A stretch of DNA of 47,732 nt, taken from NCBI GenBank assembly GCA_028292225.1, contig JAQGMV010000443.1:1-47732 (forward strand), in the 5' to 3' direction. Positions 17,977-27,915 of the stretch are shown here, piece after piece. The stretch is from Betaproteobacteria bacterium (GTDB lineage Bacteria; Pseudomonadota; Gammaproteobacteria; Burkholderiales; SG8-41). The position numbers were made by a program, and so were the translations under genes. Numbering within the stretch: the first letter of the stretch is position 1; each line of letters opens with the position of its first letter. Below the pieces are notes generated by a model. It was given only the letters and a program-made list of their open reading frames with translations, was not told the DNA's origin and did no database searches.

Positions 17977-20079
17977 TCAGGCGTCACTGACACTCTGCGA
18001 GAACCGCGACAGGTCCTCCTGATTCGGAAAAAACCATGGCCCGTAAGCCCGTACGTCGACGTCCGCGAGTGGGCCGAAGCGGCAGTTAGCGTATCGCGTA
18101 CGCCTTTTCTCGAGGTAATCCTCATGCGAGACTTCCGCGAAAGTCGCCAGATTCTCCTGCTTCGGAATCCAGTAGTCCCCGATCGCCAGATAGTCGATGT
18201 CCATGAACCCGAACGATTCGATCGCATCGAGCGGCGTATCGACAATCGCCTCGCCGTTCACGTTGAAGCTGGTGTTGATCACCATGGGCAATCCGGTCTG
18301 GCGCTCGAAGGCCTTGATGATCGCGTAAAAGTCGGCATTCTGTGCCGGCGTAACCGTCTGGACCCGCGCGGTGCCGTCGACGTGTACGACCGCAGGCACC
18401 ACTTTTGCGGTGCCTGGCTTCGCCCTCGCGATCAGCAGCATGAAAGGTGTATCGATCTCGACGTCGAAATACTCGTGCACGCGCTCGCGCAGGCACGCGG
18501 GAGCGAACGGCCGGAACTCTTCGCGATGCTTGACCCGGATGTTCAGTATGTCCTTCATTTCCGGAAACGCAGGATTGGCGAGGATAGAACGGTTGCCGAG
18601 CGCACGCGGCCCGAATTCGGCACCGCCGCGATAACGCGCAACGATCTTGCCTTGGGCGAGAGCGCCCGCAATTTCGTCGGCGATCGATTGCGGCTTTGAA
18701 TACTTCACTCCGGTCGCGCTGAGCGCCTGCTGAATTTCCTGCTCGACGCCCTCATAGCCGAAGTAGCAGCTGTAGATCCTGCCGCTGTCGGTCAACTTGC
18801 GCTGGAAGAGCTGGGCCTGCGCTGCGCCGACACTGGTGCCATCGTCTGCCGACGCGGGATATACAAAAACGTCATCGCAGACACCCGACTGGCGTATCGC
18901 TTCATTCATCAGGCCGTTGAGCCCGACTCCACCGGCGATCGCCAGCTTACGGCTTCCGGTGAGCGCGACGGCCTTTTCGGCGAGCCGCACGCCGAGCCGC
19001 TCGACTGCTTTCTGAGCCGACGCGGCGAGGTCGAAGTGCGCCTGAGAGAGCGGCGTCCCGGCAGCGCGGGGCGGCAGCAGCTCCGCGAACGCCTCTGAAA
19101 ACCGAAAACGGCGATGGCCCGAGTTACGCACGTCGCCTACGACGAAGTGCTCCGTCTCGAGCAGCCGCAGGCGGCCTTGGTCGTCGACCTCCATGCTTTT
19201 TTCCAGCAGTTCGTGGAAGCGCGGCTCGCCGTACGCCGACATGCCCATGACCTTGTACTCGTCACCGTGGTCGAAGCCGAGGTACCGTGTCACCGTAAGA
19301 TAGAACGAGCCGAGACTATGAGGCCAATACGACTGTGCAACAAGATCGAGAGCGTCTGGACGCGCACGATAGACGCTCGTCGTATCCGCCTCGCCCTGGC
19401 CGTCAATCACCAGGATCGCCGCTTCGGCGTAGCCGGAACCGAAATAAGCCGAGGCGGCGTGGCACACGTGATGATTCACGAACTGCACGCTTATGCCGGG
19501 GAACAGACCGGAGATGATGTCTCCGATTGTGCGGTACTTGATCCCGGAGTTCAGGTACCACGTGGCGCGGAATGCGATTTGCCGCGCTTCATCCTGCGAC
19601 ACGCCGGCATCGTGCATGGCGGATGCGAGAAAGCGTTGCGTGGCGTTGTCGTTTTCGAATGACAGCGGTACGGCCTCGGGAAAATAATCCAGCAGGGCCT
19701 TGAAAAGGCTGTCGGCCTTGTTGTCTGCGACGATGAGGCGGACCTCGTTCTGAAACGCCTTGGTCAGGTACTCAATGGGACTGAAGTTCACGGCGACCGA
19801 CGAAATTACGAATCCCAGCTTGCGTGCCGTGGTACAGCAGCGGTGGATCGCGCCGATCGGGAAGCGGCTTTCGTGCTTGACGTTCGAAAGGCGCTCTTCT
19901 GCGACGGCGTGAAGCACGGCGCCTGTGCGCGCACATACCAGCGCGGCCGAAGTGTCGTGAGTAAGCGCACCGATGCCAAGGATCGCCTGGGCCTTGCCTG
20001 CCGTCGCGGAGAATACGTCGGGGTACTGCTCGGTCAACGGAGTGATTTGTGCTTCAAACTTTTCGGGAAATATTTTCAT
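17977..20079 (-). CDS. Carbamoyltransferase (NodU/CmcH family)
   Basis: HDTSAAL, EERLS..KH, HHVCHAASA, DGQGE, EYKVMGMSAYG, AGGVGLN, GPRALGNRSILA, KHREEFRPFAP, HVDGTARVQTV and NTSFN motifs. Start taken at ATG 20079. Confidence 0.93.
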   Translation of the reverse strand: MKIFPEKFEAQITPLTEQYPDVFSATAGKAQAILGIGALTHDTSAALVCARTGAVLHAVAEERLSNVKHESRFPIGAIHRCCTTARKLGFVISSVAVNFSPIEYLTKAFQNEVRLIVADNKADSLFKALLDYFPEAVPLSFENDNATQRFLASAMHDAGVSQDEARQIAFRATWYLNSGIKYRTIGDIISGLFPGISVQFVNHHVCHAASAYFGSGYAEAAILVIDGQGEADTTSVYRARPDALDLVAQSYWPHSLGSFYLTVTRYLGFDHGDEYKVMGMSAYGEPRFHELLEKSMEVDDQGRLRLLETEHFVVGDVRNSGHRRFRFSEAFAELLPPRAAGTPLSQAHFDLAASAQKAVERLGVRLAEKAVALTGSRKLAIAGGVGLNGLMNEAIRQSGVCDDVFVYPASADDGTSVGAAQAQLFQRKLTDSGRIYSCYFGYEGVEQEIQQALSATGVKYSKPQSIADEIAGALAQGKIVARYRGGAEFGPRALGNRSILANPAFPEMKDILNIRVKHREEFRPFAPACLRERVHEYFDVEIDTPFMLLIARAKPGTAKVVPAVVHVDGTARVQTVTPAQNADFYAIIKAFERQTGLPMVINTSFNVNGEAIVDTPLDAIESFGFMDIDYLAIGDYWIPKQENLATFAEVSHEDYLEKRRTRYANCRFGPLADVDVRAYGPWFFPNQEDLSRFSQSVSDA

Positions 20080-20202
20080 GGCGTTGGTCTGGTCATTGAC
20101 GGTGCGCGGCAGCCGCGAAATCGGCCCCACATCCGTAGCAATCGTTCAAGCATCGGGAACATGCCACACGACCGAGCACGACCCGGCCACGCGACACCAC
20201 GG

Positions 20203-20225
20203 GTGCGGGCGGCGAACGCCCGCAC
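20203..20225. terminator. GC-rich hairpin just downstream of the CmcI-family gene
   Basis: 9-bp perfect stem gtgcgggcg / cgcccgcac with a 5-nt loop. No U-tract on the minus strand, so it may stabilise mRNA instead of terminating. Confidence 0.35.
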
Positions 20226-20236
20226 GTTTGCTGCCG

Positions 20237-20974
20237 TTAGTTCACTCGTTTCAAGTAGCCGCCGCCTAGCGCTTCAGTAATCATCCCTTTCGCCGCCCTG
20301 CTCTCGTCAACAATGAACCGAGCGTTGGTCGCAAGGAACTGACGCATCGCGGTGAGAGGATTGTCTCCCACGTCCCAAGGCCTGTCGTCGTAATAACCCT
20401 TGGGGAAATACTCGATGAACGTGTCCGGCAGCACCAGGTACGAGCCCAGCGACACCAGGTCGTTATAAAGCTCCAGTTCCTTCAGGACGTGGTCATGAGT
20501 ATGGAGTGAGTCGAGCACGACGAGGACCCGCTTCTTGCCCGCTGCTGCGGCTTTCACCTTTGCCACGACGTCCGGAGCGACCGACGACCCCTCGATCAAA
20601 TCGATGCGGCGGAACATCGGATGCGCCTCGATCGCCTCACGGTTGTGCGCCCGGATGTCGATGTCGATCCCCAGGACTCGGCCATCACCGCCGAGGAGTT
20701 CCAGCATCGACGCGGAAAATATCAGACTGCCGCCGTGGGCGACTCCGGTCTCGATGATCAGGTCCGGTTTGACCTCCCAGATGATCTCCTGCAGCACTAC
20801 GATATCGTTGGGGAACTTGATGATCGGCCGGCCAAGCCATGTGAAATTATAGGTGAACTTGTATCGATCGGCGTGGATCATCCAGTCGAGCGACTTGCGC
20901 TTGAGGTCCTCGTCCTTCGCCATCTCGTCGATGGCTTGCGCGCGCTCTTTTTGGAACTGTTCAATGGGATTCAT
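20237..20974 (-). CDS. Cephalosporin hydroxylase (CmcI) family protein, probable sugar O-methyltransferase
   Basis: YNFTWLGRPII, QEIIWEVKPDLIIETGVAHGGSL, GIDIDIRAHN, LIEGSS and LDSLHTHDHVLKEL motifs. Confidence 0.9.
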   Translation of the reverse strand: MNPIEQFQKERAQAIDEMAKDEDLKRKSLDWMIHADRYKFTYNFTWLGRPIIKFPNDIVVLQEIIWEVKPDLIIETGVAHGGSLIFSASMLELLGGDGRVLGIDIDIRAHNREAIEAHPMFRRIDLIEGSSVAPDVVAKVKAAAAGKKRVLVVLDSLHTHDHVLKELELYNDLVSLGSYLVLPDTFIEYFPKGYYDDRPWDVGDNPLTAMRQFLATNARFIVDESRAAKGMITEALGGGYLKRVN

Positions 20975-21903
20975 TCATTTCCTCTCAAGACCGTAAATAT
21001 GTCGGCGATCTCCGCCTCCAGGCTGCTCTTGTCCTCTACGCCGAGCCCCGCTTTCTCGAGCTTCGTCGCCTCCGCAATGAGGGACTGGGACTCGGCCGGC
21101 GCATCGGAGCGCACCTGCAGCGCACACGGCTTGCCGAAGGACCGCTCGTACACGGACTGTACCAGGCGCGCGACCTCGATGATTGTCGTGCTGCCGCCGC
21201 CACCGATGGTCAGCGTCTGACCAGAAAGTTTTTTGAAGTTCTCGGCGATAGCCACGGTTCTGCTCGCCAACGCGCGCACGCTTATAAAGTCGCGGTGCTG
21301 CTGCCCGGACGACTGAAGGGTGATAGATCCCTGCTCGAAGGCTTCCTTGCAGAAACAGCTCGGGACGAGGGACCAGCGGTCAATATCCCGGTGCAGCGGC
21401 GCTCCGTAAACGTTGGTCGGCCGCAGGATCACCGACTCTACCGCGCCGTTTCGGCTGAACATGCGCACGTATTCTTCAGCGAAAAAGTGCGTAATCCCGT
21501 AGTCGTTGCGGCACAACGCGGGGTCGTCTTCGCCGACGAAGCCCTCTCCAATCCCGAATACCTGGAACGTCGAAAAATAAATGAGGCGAGGAATGTCAGC
21601 AGCACGGCAGAATTCGAGACAGTTGCGCGTCCCACGAACGTTCACGTCGAGCGCAAAATCCGCGTCGGCACAATCGATGTCGTTGGCCGCTGCCGCGTGA
21701 ATCATCAGGTCATAGCGCGGAAACGCCGGTTCGGGCCAGGGATCGCGTATGTCCCAGCGGTGAAAAGCCACGGAACGACAGATATCTTCCAGATGGTCAG
21801 GTTTCCCGCGACTGACAACACCGACTTCGTGTCCGCGTCCCAGCAGTTCCGTAACAACGTAACTACCGATGTATCCGAACCCCCCTGTGACCAGCACTTT
21901 CAT
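20971..21903 (-). CDS. NAD-dependent epimerase/4-reductase (extended SDR)
   Basis: VTGGFGYIG, STFQVFG, RPTNVYG and RDFI motifs; the YxxxK motif appears as YGITH. Confidence 0.82.
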   Translation of the reverse strand: MKVLVTGGFGYIGSYVVTELLGRGHEVGVVSRGKPDHLEDICRSVAFHRWDIRDPWPEPAFPRYDLMIHAAAANDIDCADADFALDVNVRGTRNCLEFCRAADIPRLIYFSTFQVFGIGEGFVGEDDPALCRNDYGITHFFAEEYVRMFSRNGAVESVILRPTNVYGAPLHRDIDRWSLVPSCFCKEAFEQGSITLQSSGQQHRDFISVRALASRTVAIAENFKKLSGQTLTIGGGGSTTIIEVARLVQSVYERSFGKPCALQVRSDAPAESQSLIAEATKLEKAGLGVEDKSSLEAEIADIFTVLRGNE

Positions 21904-22430
21904 GCGACGAAATCGGGGTACGCAGCGTCCTTATCGGACATTATGGGATCGATGATCGGCCAGTCGATGCCGAAAAATGGGTCGTTCCAGCGAATTCCGC
22001 CCTCGTCGCCGGGGCTGTAGAAATTCGAGACCTGGTAGGTCACGTGGCAATCATCCTCAAGCGTGACGAAGCCGTGAGCGAATCCCTCGGGCACATAGAG
22101 CAGGCGGTTATCGTCGCGCGCGAGCTCGATCTTCAGATGTTTGCCGAAGGTAGGCGAGCTTCGGCGCACATCGATGATCACGTCGAGGATGCGACCAGCT
22201 GTGACCCGCACCAGCTTGACCTCCGCAGCTTGGCCGCGCTGGAAATGCATGCCTCTGAGAGTGCCCTTCCTGTTGGACCTCGACACATTCGTTTGGACGA
22301 AATCCGTCTTAAATCCAGCGCTTTCGAACTCACGCGCACAGAAAGTGCGTGCGAAAGCGCCGCGGTGGTCGGAATGTGCTTCGAGCTCGATGATAAAGGC
22401 CCCTTCGAGGGGCGTAGGGCGGAATTTCAT
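21900..22430 (-). CDS. rfbC: dTDP-4-dehydrorhamnose 3,5-epimerase family protein (probably acting on a CDP-sugar here)
   Basis: DHRGAFARTFC, GTLRGMHFQ, KLVRV, DVRRSSPTFG, VPEGFAHGF and GIRWNDP motifs. Confidence 0.9.
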   Translation of the reverse strand: MKFRPTPLEGAFIIELEAHSDHRGAFARTFCAREFESAGFKTDFVQTNVSRSNRKGTLRGMHFQRGQAAEVKLVRVTAGRILDVIIDVRRSSPTFGKHLKIELARDDNRLLYVPEGFAHGFVTLEDDCHVTYQVSNFYSPGDEGGIRWNDPFFGIDWPIIDPIMSDKDAAYPDFVA

Positions 22431-22542
22431 GCGCGCGCTGAGCCCGGCCGCAAGACCCGGATCGTCGCCGATACCGGCATTCCACCGTTGCGATACCGCT
22501 GAGGGAATTCAGCGCCTCTGTGCTGGCCGTGACTTGAATGCA

Positions 22543-23604
22543 TCATGCTTGAAGTAATCCGGCGTATTGGTTGATTTGTTCCCGTACGAGGGTGCCGGCG
22601 TCCCGTCCCTCATCGTACGCCGCATACCATTGTGCGGTCCACGAGAGCGCGTCCCCGAGGTTCAGGCGGGCCGCCCAACCCAGCAGCGAGCGCGCTTTCG
22701 AGCAATCTAGCTTGAGGTAGTGCGCCTCGTGCGGATGCGCAGAGGGATCTATCTCCCACCGCAGTCCACGCCGCGATGCAGCGATTTCCCGTGCTATCCA
22801 TTCGACAGGTTTGGCATCCTCGTCTCGGGGACCGAAATTCCACGCCCCCCCATAAACATTGCCTTCACGACACAATCTTTCTGCGAGCAGCAAATAGCCC
22901 GAGAGTGGATCGAGCACGTGTTGCCAGGGCCGAACGGCTTTCGGGTTACGCAGACGCAGGGGGGTTTTGGCCGCCGCAGCGCGCATCATGTCTGGTATGA
23001 GCCGATCTTTCGCCCAGTCGCCGCCGCCGATCACATTCCCTGCACGCGCGCTGGCTACCGCGATGCCTTCGGTCAGGAAAGAACTGCGGTACGCGCTCGT
23101 CACGAGCTCCGCACAGGCCTTGCTGCTTGAATAGGGATCATGCCCGCCGAGAGGCTCATCCTCGCGATAGCCCCAGACCCACTCGCGGTTCTCATAACAC
23201 TTGTCGCTGGTTACGATGACTACCGCTTTGACACCGCCGGCGTGCCGCACGGCCTCCAGCAGATTGACGGTGCCCATTACATTCGTTTCATAGGTCTCGC
23301 GCGGATGGTCGTAGGACTCCCGAACGAGCGACTGCGCAGCGAGATGAAAGACCACTTCCGGACACGATTCTGCAAGAGCGGCCCTCAGTGGCTCGAACTC
23401 GCGGACGTCCCCCGCTATCGAAGCCATGCCCTTCTCGATCCGCGCGCCCTCGAAAAGGCTGGGCGTCGTAGGCGGCGGCAGCGAATATCCCGTCATGTGC
23501 GCGCCCAAGCCCTGCAGCCAGCAGGAAAGCCAGCTGCCCTTAAAGCCGGTATGTCCGGTCACAAAGACGCGCTTCGCACGCCAAAAACCGGCGTCCGTCA
23601 CCAC
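22543..23604 (-). CDS. rfbG: CDP-glucose 4,6-dehydratase
   Basis: [54 protein letters not shown] and RPWQHVL motifs; GTG start at 23604 or 23601. Confidence 0.95.
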   Translation of the reverse strand: MVTDAGFWRAKRVFVTGHTGFKGSWLSCWLQGLGAHMTGYSLPPPTTPSLFEGARIEKGMASIAGDVREFEPLRAALAESCPEVVFHLAAQSLVRESYDHPRETYETNVMGTVNLLEAVRHAGGVKAVVIVTSDKCYENREWVWGYREDEPLGGHDPYSSSKACAELVTSAYRSSFLTEGIAVASARAGNVIGGGDWAKDRLIPDMMRAAAAKTPLRLRNPKAVRPWQHVLDPLSGYLLLAERLCREGNVYGGAWNFGPRDEDAKPVEWIAREIAASRRGLRWEIDPSAHPHEAHYLKLDCSKARSLLGWAARLNLGDALSWTAQWYAAYDEGRDAGTLVREQINQYAGLLQA

Positions 23605-24365
23605 GCTTTCCAGGGTGCCATGCCGCTGTCCCACAGAGCTTCGAGGTGATTTTTTTCCCGCAACGTATCCATCGGTTGCCAAAAGCCGCGATGCTGGAAA
23701 GCCACGAGCTGCTTCTCCTTCGCCAACACCTCTAGCGGCGCCGCTTCCCACGGCGTTGTGTCGCCGTCGATATAGTCGATCACCTTCGGCGACAGAACGA
23801 AGAAGCCGCCGTTAATCCAGCCTCCATCGCCTTGCGGCTTTTCCAGAAAACCCCTGACGACGCCGCCGTCGAGCTCGAGCGAGCCGTAGCGACCGGGCGG
23901 CTGGACACCGGTAACAGTGGCAAGCTTCCCGTGTTGCTTGTGGAATGCCACCAGCGCTGTCATGTCGACGTCAGACAGCCCATCTCCGTACGTAAAACAG
24001 AAATCTTCACCGTCAAGAAAGTGCGCCACCCGTTTCAAGCGCCCGCCGGTCATCGTGTGCTCGCCCGTGTCGACAAGAGTCACCCGCCAAGGTTCTGCGT
24101 GATTATGGTGTACTTCCATATGGTTGTGCTTCATGTCGAAGGAGACATCCGACATATGCAGGAAGTAGTTGGCGAAGTACTCCTTGATCATGTAGCCCTT
24201 GTAACCCAGGCAGATCACGAAATCATGGATGCCGTGCGCCGAGTAAATCTTCAGGACATGCCAAAGTATCGGCTTGCCACCGATCTCGACCATCGGCTTC
24301 GGACGCACAGACGTCTCTTCACTGATACGCGTACCCAGACCACCGGCAAGTATGACGGCTTTCAT
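23598..24365 (-). CDS. rfbF: Glucose-1-phosphate cytidylyltransferase
   Basis: [43 protein letters not shown] and [10 protein letters not shown] motifs. Confidence 0.96.
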   Translation of the reverse strand: MKAVILAGGLGTRISEETSVRPKPMVEIGGKPILWHVLKIYSAHGIHDFVICLGYKGYMIKEYFANYFLHMSDVSFDMKHNHMEVHHNHAEPWRVTLVDTGEHTMTGGRLKRVAHFLDGEDFCFTYGDGLSDVDMTALVAFHKQHGKLATVTGVQPPGRYGSLELDGGVVRGFLEKPQGDGGWINGGFFVLSPKVIDYIDGDTTPWEAAPLEVLAKEKQLVAFQHRGFWQPMDTLREKNHLEALWDSGMAPWKAW

Positions 24366-24470
24366 TATTGCGACACCACGGGATGACAGGGGGTTATTTC
24401 AACCGCTGGGCTAGTACATGGCGCACTACGCCAGCCCGGAGGGCCGAACTATACACTTTGTTTGGAGAAA

Positions 24471-25739
24471 TTAGGAAGTTACGCGATTTTGGCCATCGGC
24501 CGACAAGCTCTCGTTGTGTGGCTCAGAACGCCCGCGACATGAGGGCTCGCGTTGCTTGTCCATGGCGAGTAATACCCAAGCCGGCGGGAACGCATGAGAA
24601 TAGCCGAAACACAAATACAGCAAGGCAAAAAACTTGTTCACGAACGGCGCGGAGCTGGCGCTGAAAAACAAATAACCGAGGAAAACGACACCGAACGCCC
24701 CGTAGGCTGTGAGAGCCCAGGCCATCCCGGAATTCGCGGCGCCGGTGGCTGACAGCGACACCAGGGCGCTGTTCACGTTCGCGGCGCCGACGCCGAGCGG
24801 ATATTCACCGAGCGCCTGTATACCGGCGGACAACGAGCGAATGCGCGCCATCATCGACCAATCCGAGCTGACGTCTCCGCCGGCGAGCAGCAAGAGTGCC
24901 TGCATACCCCTGCCGAGATTCACCGTTGGAACGCGCTCAATCAGGCTAACGATCGCATCGGCGAACGGCAACAGCAGGGATGCGACGACCAACGCCAGTG
25001 CTACGAGCAATTTCGGCCGACGCGACGCGAGGAAGAAGAGGTAGATCAGCGAGTATGCGTAGCCCGCTCCCGACTTCGATACCACGATCATGGAGAAGAT
25101 CATCGCCGCAATCGCGATGGCACGAGGCCCGCGGATCTGTCCCGCCCGGTAGAAGTATTCGGTGACGATGAGAAAAAATACGAGCAGTCCTCCGAAAAGC
25201 CCGGGCTCGGTCGCGAATGTCAGCACACCACGAAAACCGAAGGGGTCATCCATCGAAAGGTTCAGGCCGCGCACGAAAAGCTGTTGGATCGGAAGGAAAA
25301 CACCGGGAGACAGCAGCAGCAGGATCGTCCAGACGAAGTAGATGACTATGACTGCCTGAAAGAGCGGGTAATTCAGGCTGGACATCTTGTCTTTGGCGAC
25401 GACGAACACTATGACCCCTGCGGGAAGTGCAAGGTACTTCCCGACATCGAGATCAGAGATCTCACCGGAGAAAGGCGATATGAAAAGGAGCGCAAGTACA
25501 GCCGGCACGAGGACGTAAAGCTCGCTGCGTTTCAGTTTGCCGGGAAGCAACCGCTCCCACAGCAGGATCAGCAAGGCGAAGCCCACCGCGAGGGGCTGGG
25601 TGTCCGTGGCAGCCGGCAAAGGCGACGCAAAGGGAAAAAACACCGCCAGAAAGAACGCGCTGATCAGCCAGCGCGGCGCGATAAAAGAGGGCACTCGGGG
25701 GGGCTGGCCTGCATGATTAGGCATTACTTGGGTGCTCAT
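24471..25739 (-). CDS. Wzy-like O-antigen polymerase (multi-pass membrane protein)
   Basis: About 10-11 hydrophobic segments; RGVLTFATEPG, SKSG, S..AR and YPLGVG motifs typical of Wzy/WaaL-like proteins; a Wzx and a Wzz-like gene are in the locus. Start uncertain (25778 or 25739). Confidence 0.65.
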   Translation of the reverse strand: MSTQVMPNHAGQPPRVPSFIAPRWLISAFFLAVFFPFASPLPAATDTQPLAVGFALLILLWERLLPGKLKRSELYVLVPAVLALLFISPFSGEISDLDVGKYLALPAGVIVFVVAKDKMSSLNYPLFQAVIVIYFVWTILLLLSPGVFLPIQQLFVRGLNLSMDDPFGFRGVLTFATEPGLFGGLLVFFLIVTEYFYRAGQIRGPRAIAIAAMIFSMIVVSKSGAGYAYSLIYLFFLASRRPKLLVALALVVASLLLPFADAIVSLIERVPTVNLGRGMQALLLLAGGDVSSDWSMMARIRSLSAGIQALGEYPLGVGAANVNSALVSLSATGAANSGMAWALTAYGAFGVVFLGYLFFSASSAPFVNKFFALLYLCFGYSHAFPPAWVLLAMDKQREPSCRGRSEPHNESLSADGQNRVTS

Positions 25740-25890
25740 CCGGCGTGCCTCGATTCGATGTGCAACGCGCTCGTGCACCAGAGGAATAAGCTCTCGTAAC
25801 TCACGTCACAGATGTGGCACACTCCGCAGTCGAAGAAATGCCCCTGGCAGTATTTAGAAACGCAATTTTATCAATTCCGGCAGGTGTCCT

Positions 25891-26904
25891 GTGAAATCAT
25901 GTGTGATCGGGGTCGGCCGTATGGGTCGGCGTCATGTACAAGTGCTGCAGAATCTCGGGCACGATGTACAAGGAATTTTCGACCCTTCCCCTGATGCCGT
26001 TGCAACGTCGCTCAAAGAGAACGCGCTCGCGCCCGCCGCCGCATTCCGCAGGGTCGAAGACATGCTCCGCCAAGTACGGCCCGATCTCGTCGTCGTCGCA
26101 TCGACGGCCCCGAGCCACTGTGAGTACGTCTGCATGGCCGCAGCCGCGGGCGTGCGCTATGTCTTATGCGAGAAGCCGATGGCGGTGTCGCTCGCAGAGT
26201 GCGACCGGATGATCGAGGCGTGCGCGCAATCCGGCTCCATGCTCGGCGTCAACCACCAGATGCGCTTTATGGAGCAGTACACGTTCGTGAAGCAGCTTGC
26301 GGTCTCAGCCGCATTCGACGGACTGCGCAGCATTGTCCTCGCCGCCGGCAATTTCGGCCTCGCAATGAATGGATCTCACTATTTCGAGATGCTGCGCTTC
26401 ATGGCCGACGACGAAATTGCCTCGGTGTCGTCCTGGCTCGATTCGACGATAGTACCGAATCCTCGCGGACCGCAATACCAGGATCGTTCAGGCCAATTGC
26501 GAGCGGTGACTGACTCGGGCGTCAGGCTCTATATGGACGTCGGGGGTGACCAGGGCCACGGCATTCAGCTTATCTACAACTGCCGGCTGGGCCAGATCTT
26601 CGTCGACGAGATCAGCGGCTACACGCGCTTTGTCCATAGAGAAAGCGCTTATGCCGATCTGCCAACGACGCGCTATGGAATGCCTGCGGTAGAAACGATA
26701 CGCAGCATCGCCCCGACGGACGTGATCGGGCCCACCGAATCGATGTGGCGCGCGATGATCTCGGGTGAGTCCTTCCCGGACGGTGCCGCGGGACGTCACG
26801 TCGTGGCGGCGCTGGTCGCAGCTCATCTCTCCGGCGAAGCGGGAGGCAAGGCAGCGACGCTTGACGAGGCCTTGCCCCGGGACCGCGTCTTCCCCTGGGC
26901 CTGA
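25891..26904 (+). CDS. Gfo/Idh/MocA family oxidoreductase
   Basis: VIGVGRMGRRH, LCEKPMA, VNHQMRF and NGSHYF motifs. Confidence 0.88.
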   Translation: MKSCVIGVGRMGRRHVQVLQNLGHDVQGIFDPSPDAVATSLKENALAPAAAFRRVEDMLRQVRPDLVVVASTAPSHCEYVCMAAAAGVRYVLCEKPMAVSLAECDRMIEACAQSGSMLGVNHQMRFMEQYTFVKQLAVSAAFDGLRSIVLAAGNFGLAMNGSHYFEMLRFMADDEIASVSSWLDSTIVPNPRGPQYQDRSGQLRAVTDSGVRLYMDVGGDQGHGIQLIYNCRLGQIFVDEISGYTRFVHRESAYADLPTTRYGMPAVETIRSIAPTDVIGPTESMWRAMISGESFPDGAAGRHVVAALVAAHLSGEAGGKAATLDEALPRDRVFPWA

Positions 26905-26909
26905 GTCGA

Positions 26910-27878
26910 ATGGCGAAGACGATGAACGAAGAGCTCGGAGTCGCCATCATCGGCGCGGGCTACATGGCGCAGGAGCACGCTCGCGCATTCGCAGGCATGG
27001 ATGGCGTCCGGCTCTCCGCAGTTTTCAGCCGCTCGCCGGCGCGCGCAAGTGCCCTCGCGGCCGCTTACCCCGGGATGCTGGTCTGCAATTCGGTCAAGGG
27101 GCTATGGGAGCAGTCCCGAGCCGATCTCGTCGTCGTGACGGTCAACGAACTCGCGATGCTCGAGGTTGCCAAGGCGTGTTTCGCGTTCCCATGGACGGTT
27201 CTGCTCGAAAAGCCCGCGGGCTACGATCTTGAGAACGCCGGAGCCATCTTGAACGCGGCCCGGAGCGCCGGCGCACGTGCTTTCGTCGCGTTCAATCGCC
27301 GGGCGTATTCGAGCACCCGGGGCGCGCTCGACCGTCTGGCGAAGATCGACGGCCCGCGCTTCATCAGGGTCCTGGACCAGCAGGACCAGGCCGAAGCACT
27401 GAACGTGTACAAGTTCCCGGAGACGGTGGTCCGCAACTATATGTATGCCAACTCCATACACGTCATCGACTACCTGCGCGTCTTCGGCCGCGGCGAAATC
27501 ACCCGGGTGACGCCCGTGGCGGCGTGGACACCCGAGTCACCTGGCGTCGTCCTCTCCAAGGTCGAGTTCTCGAGCGGAGACATCGGTCTTTACGAAGGAA
27601 TCTGGAACGGGCCGGGTCCCTGGTCGGTCATAGTGAGCACTGCGCAGGAACGCCTCGAAATGCGGCCGCTCGAGCAACTTACCGTGCAGTTGCGGGGGGA
27701 AAGGCGTGCCATGCAGCAGCCGCTCGATCCGGCCGATACCGAGTACAAGCCCGGATTGCGATATCAAGCACTCCAGGCGATCCGTGCCGCACGCGGCGAC
27801 AACGCGAACCTTGCGACCCTCGAGGACTCGTGGTGCTCGATGAAGCTCGTCGCCGATATCTTCGGGCTCTCGAGCTGA
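26910..27878 (+). CDS. Gfo/Idh/MocA family oxidoreductase
   Basis: IIGAGYMAQEH, LLEKPAG, AFNRR and NSIHVID motifs; begins 5 bp after the previous gene. Confidence 0.88.
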   Translation: MAKTMNEELGVAIIGAGYMAQEHARAFAGMDGVRLSAVFSRSPARASALAAAYPGMLVCNSVKGLWEQSRADLVVVTVNELAMLEVAKACFAFPWTVLLEKPAGYDLENAGAILNAARSAGARAFVAFNRRAYSSTRGALDRLAKIDGPRFIRVLDQQDQAEALNVYKFPETVVRNYMYANSIHVIDYLRVFGRGEITRVTPVAAWTPESPGVVLSKVEFSSGDIGLYEGIWNGPGPWSVIVSTAQERLEMRPLEQLTVQLRGERRAMQQPLDPADTEYKPGLRYQALQAIRAARGDNANLATLEDSWCSMKLVADIFGLSS

Positions 27879-27915
27879 ATCGCAGCGTGGCTGCTGGACA
27901 GCCGCCGCGTGCGAT
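27879..27915. terminator. Imperfect hairpin between convergent genes
   Basis: atcgca..ggctg / cagcc..tgcgat arms fill the gap between the two stop codons; no U-tracts. Confidence 0.3.

Noticed and set aside
17977-20974. Cephamycin or other antibiotic biosynthetic cluster (CmcH plus CmcI)
   Set aside because: No NRPS, PKS or beta-lactam genes; the context is Wzx/Wzy polysaccharide synthesis.
25815-25830. Sigma54 promoter (TGGCAC) for the + strand oxidoreductases
   Set aside because: GG-to-GC spacing is 8 nt, not the required 10.
25780-27915. Recombinase-driven invertible segment
   Set aside because: No matching inverted repeats seen at the two ends and no invertase in the window; kept only as a static inversion finding.
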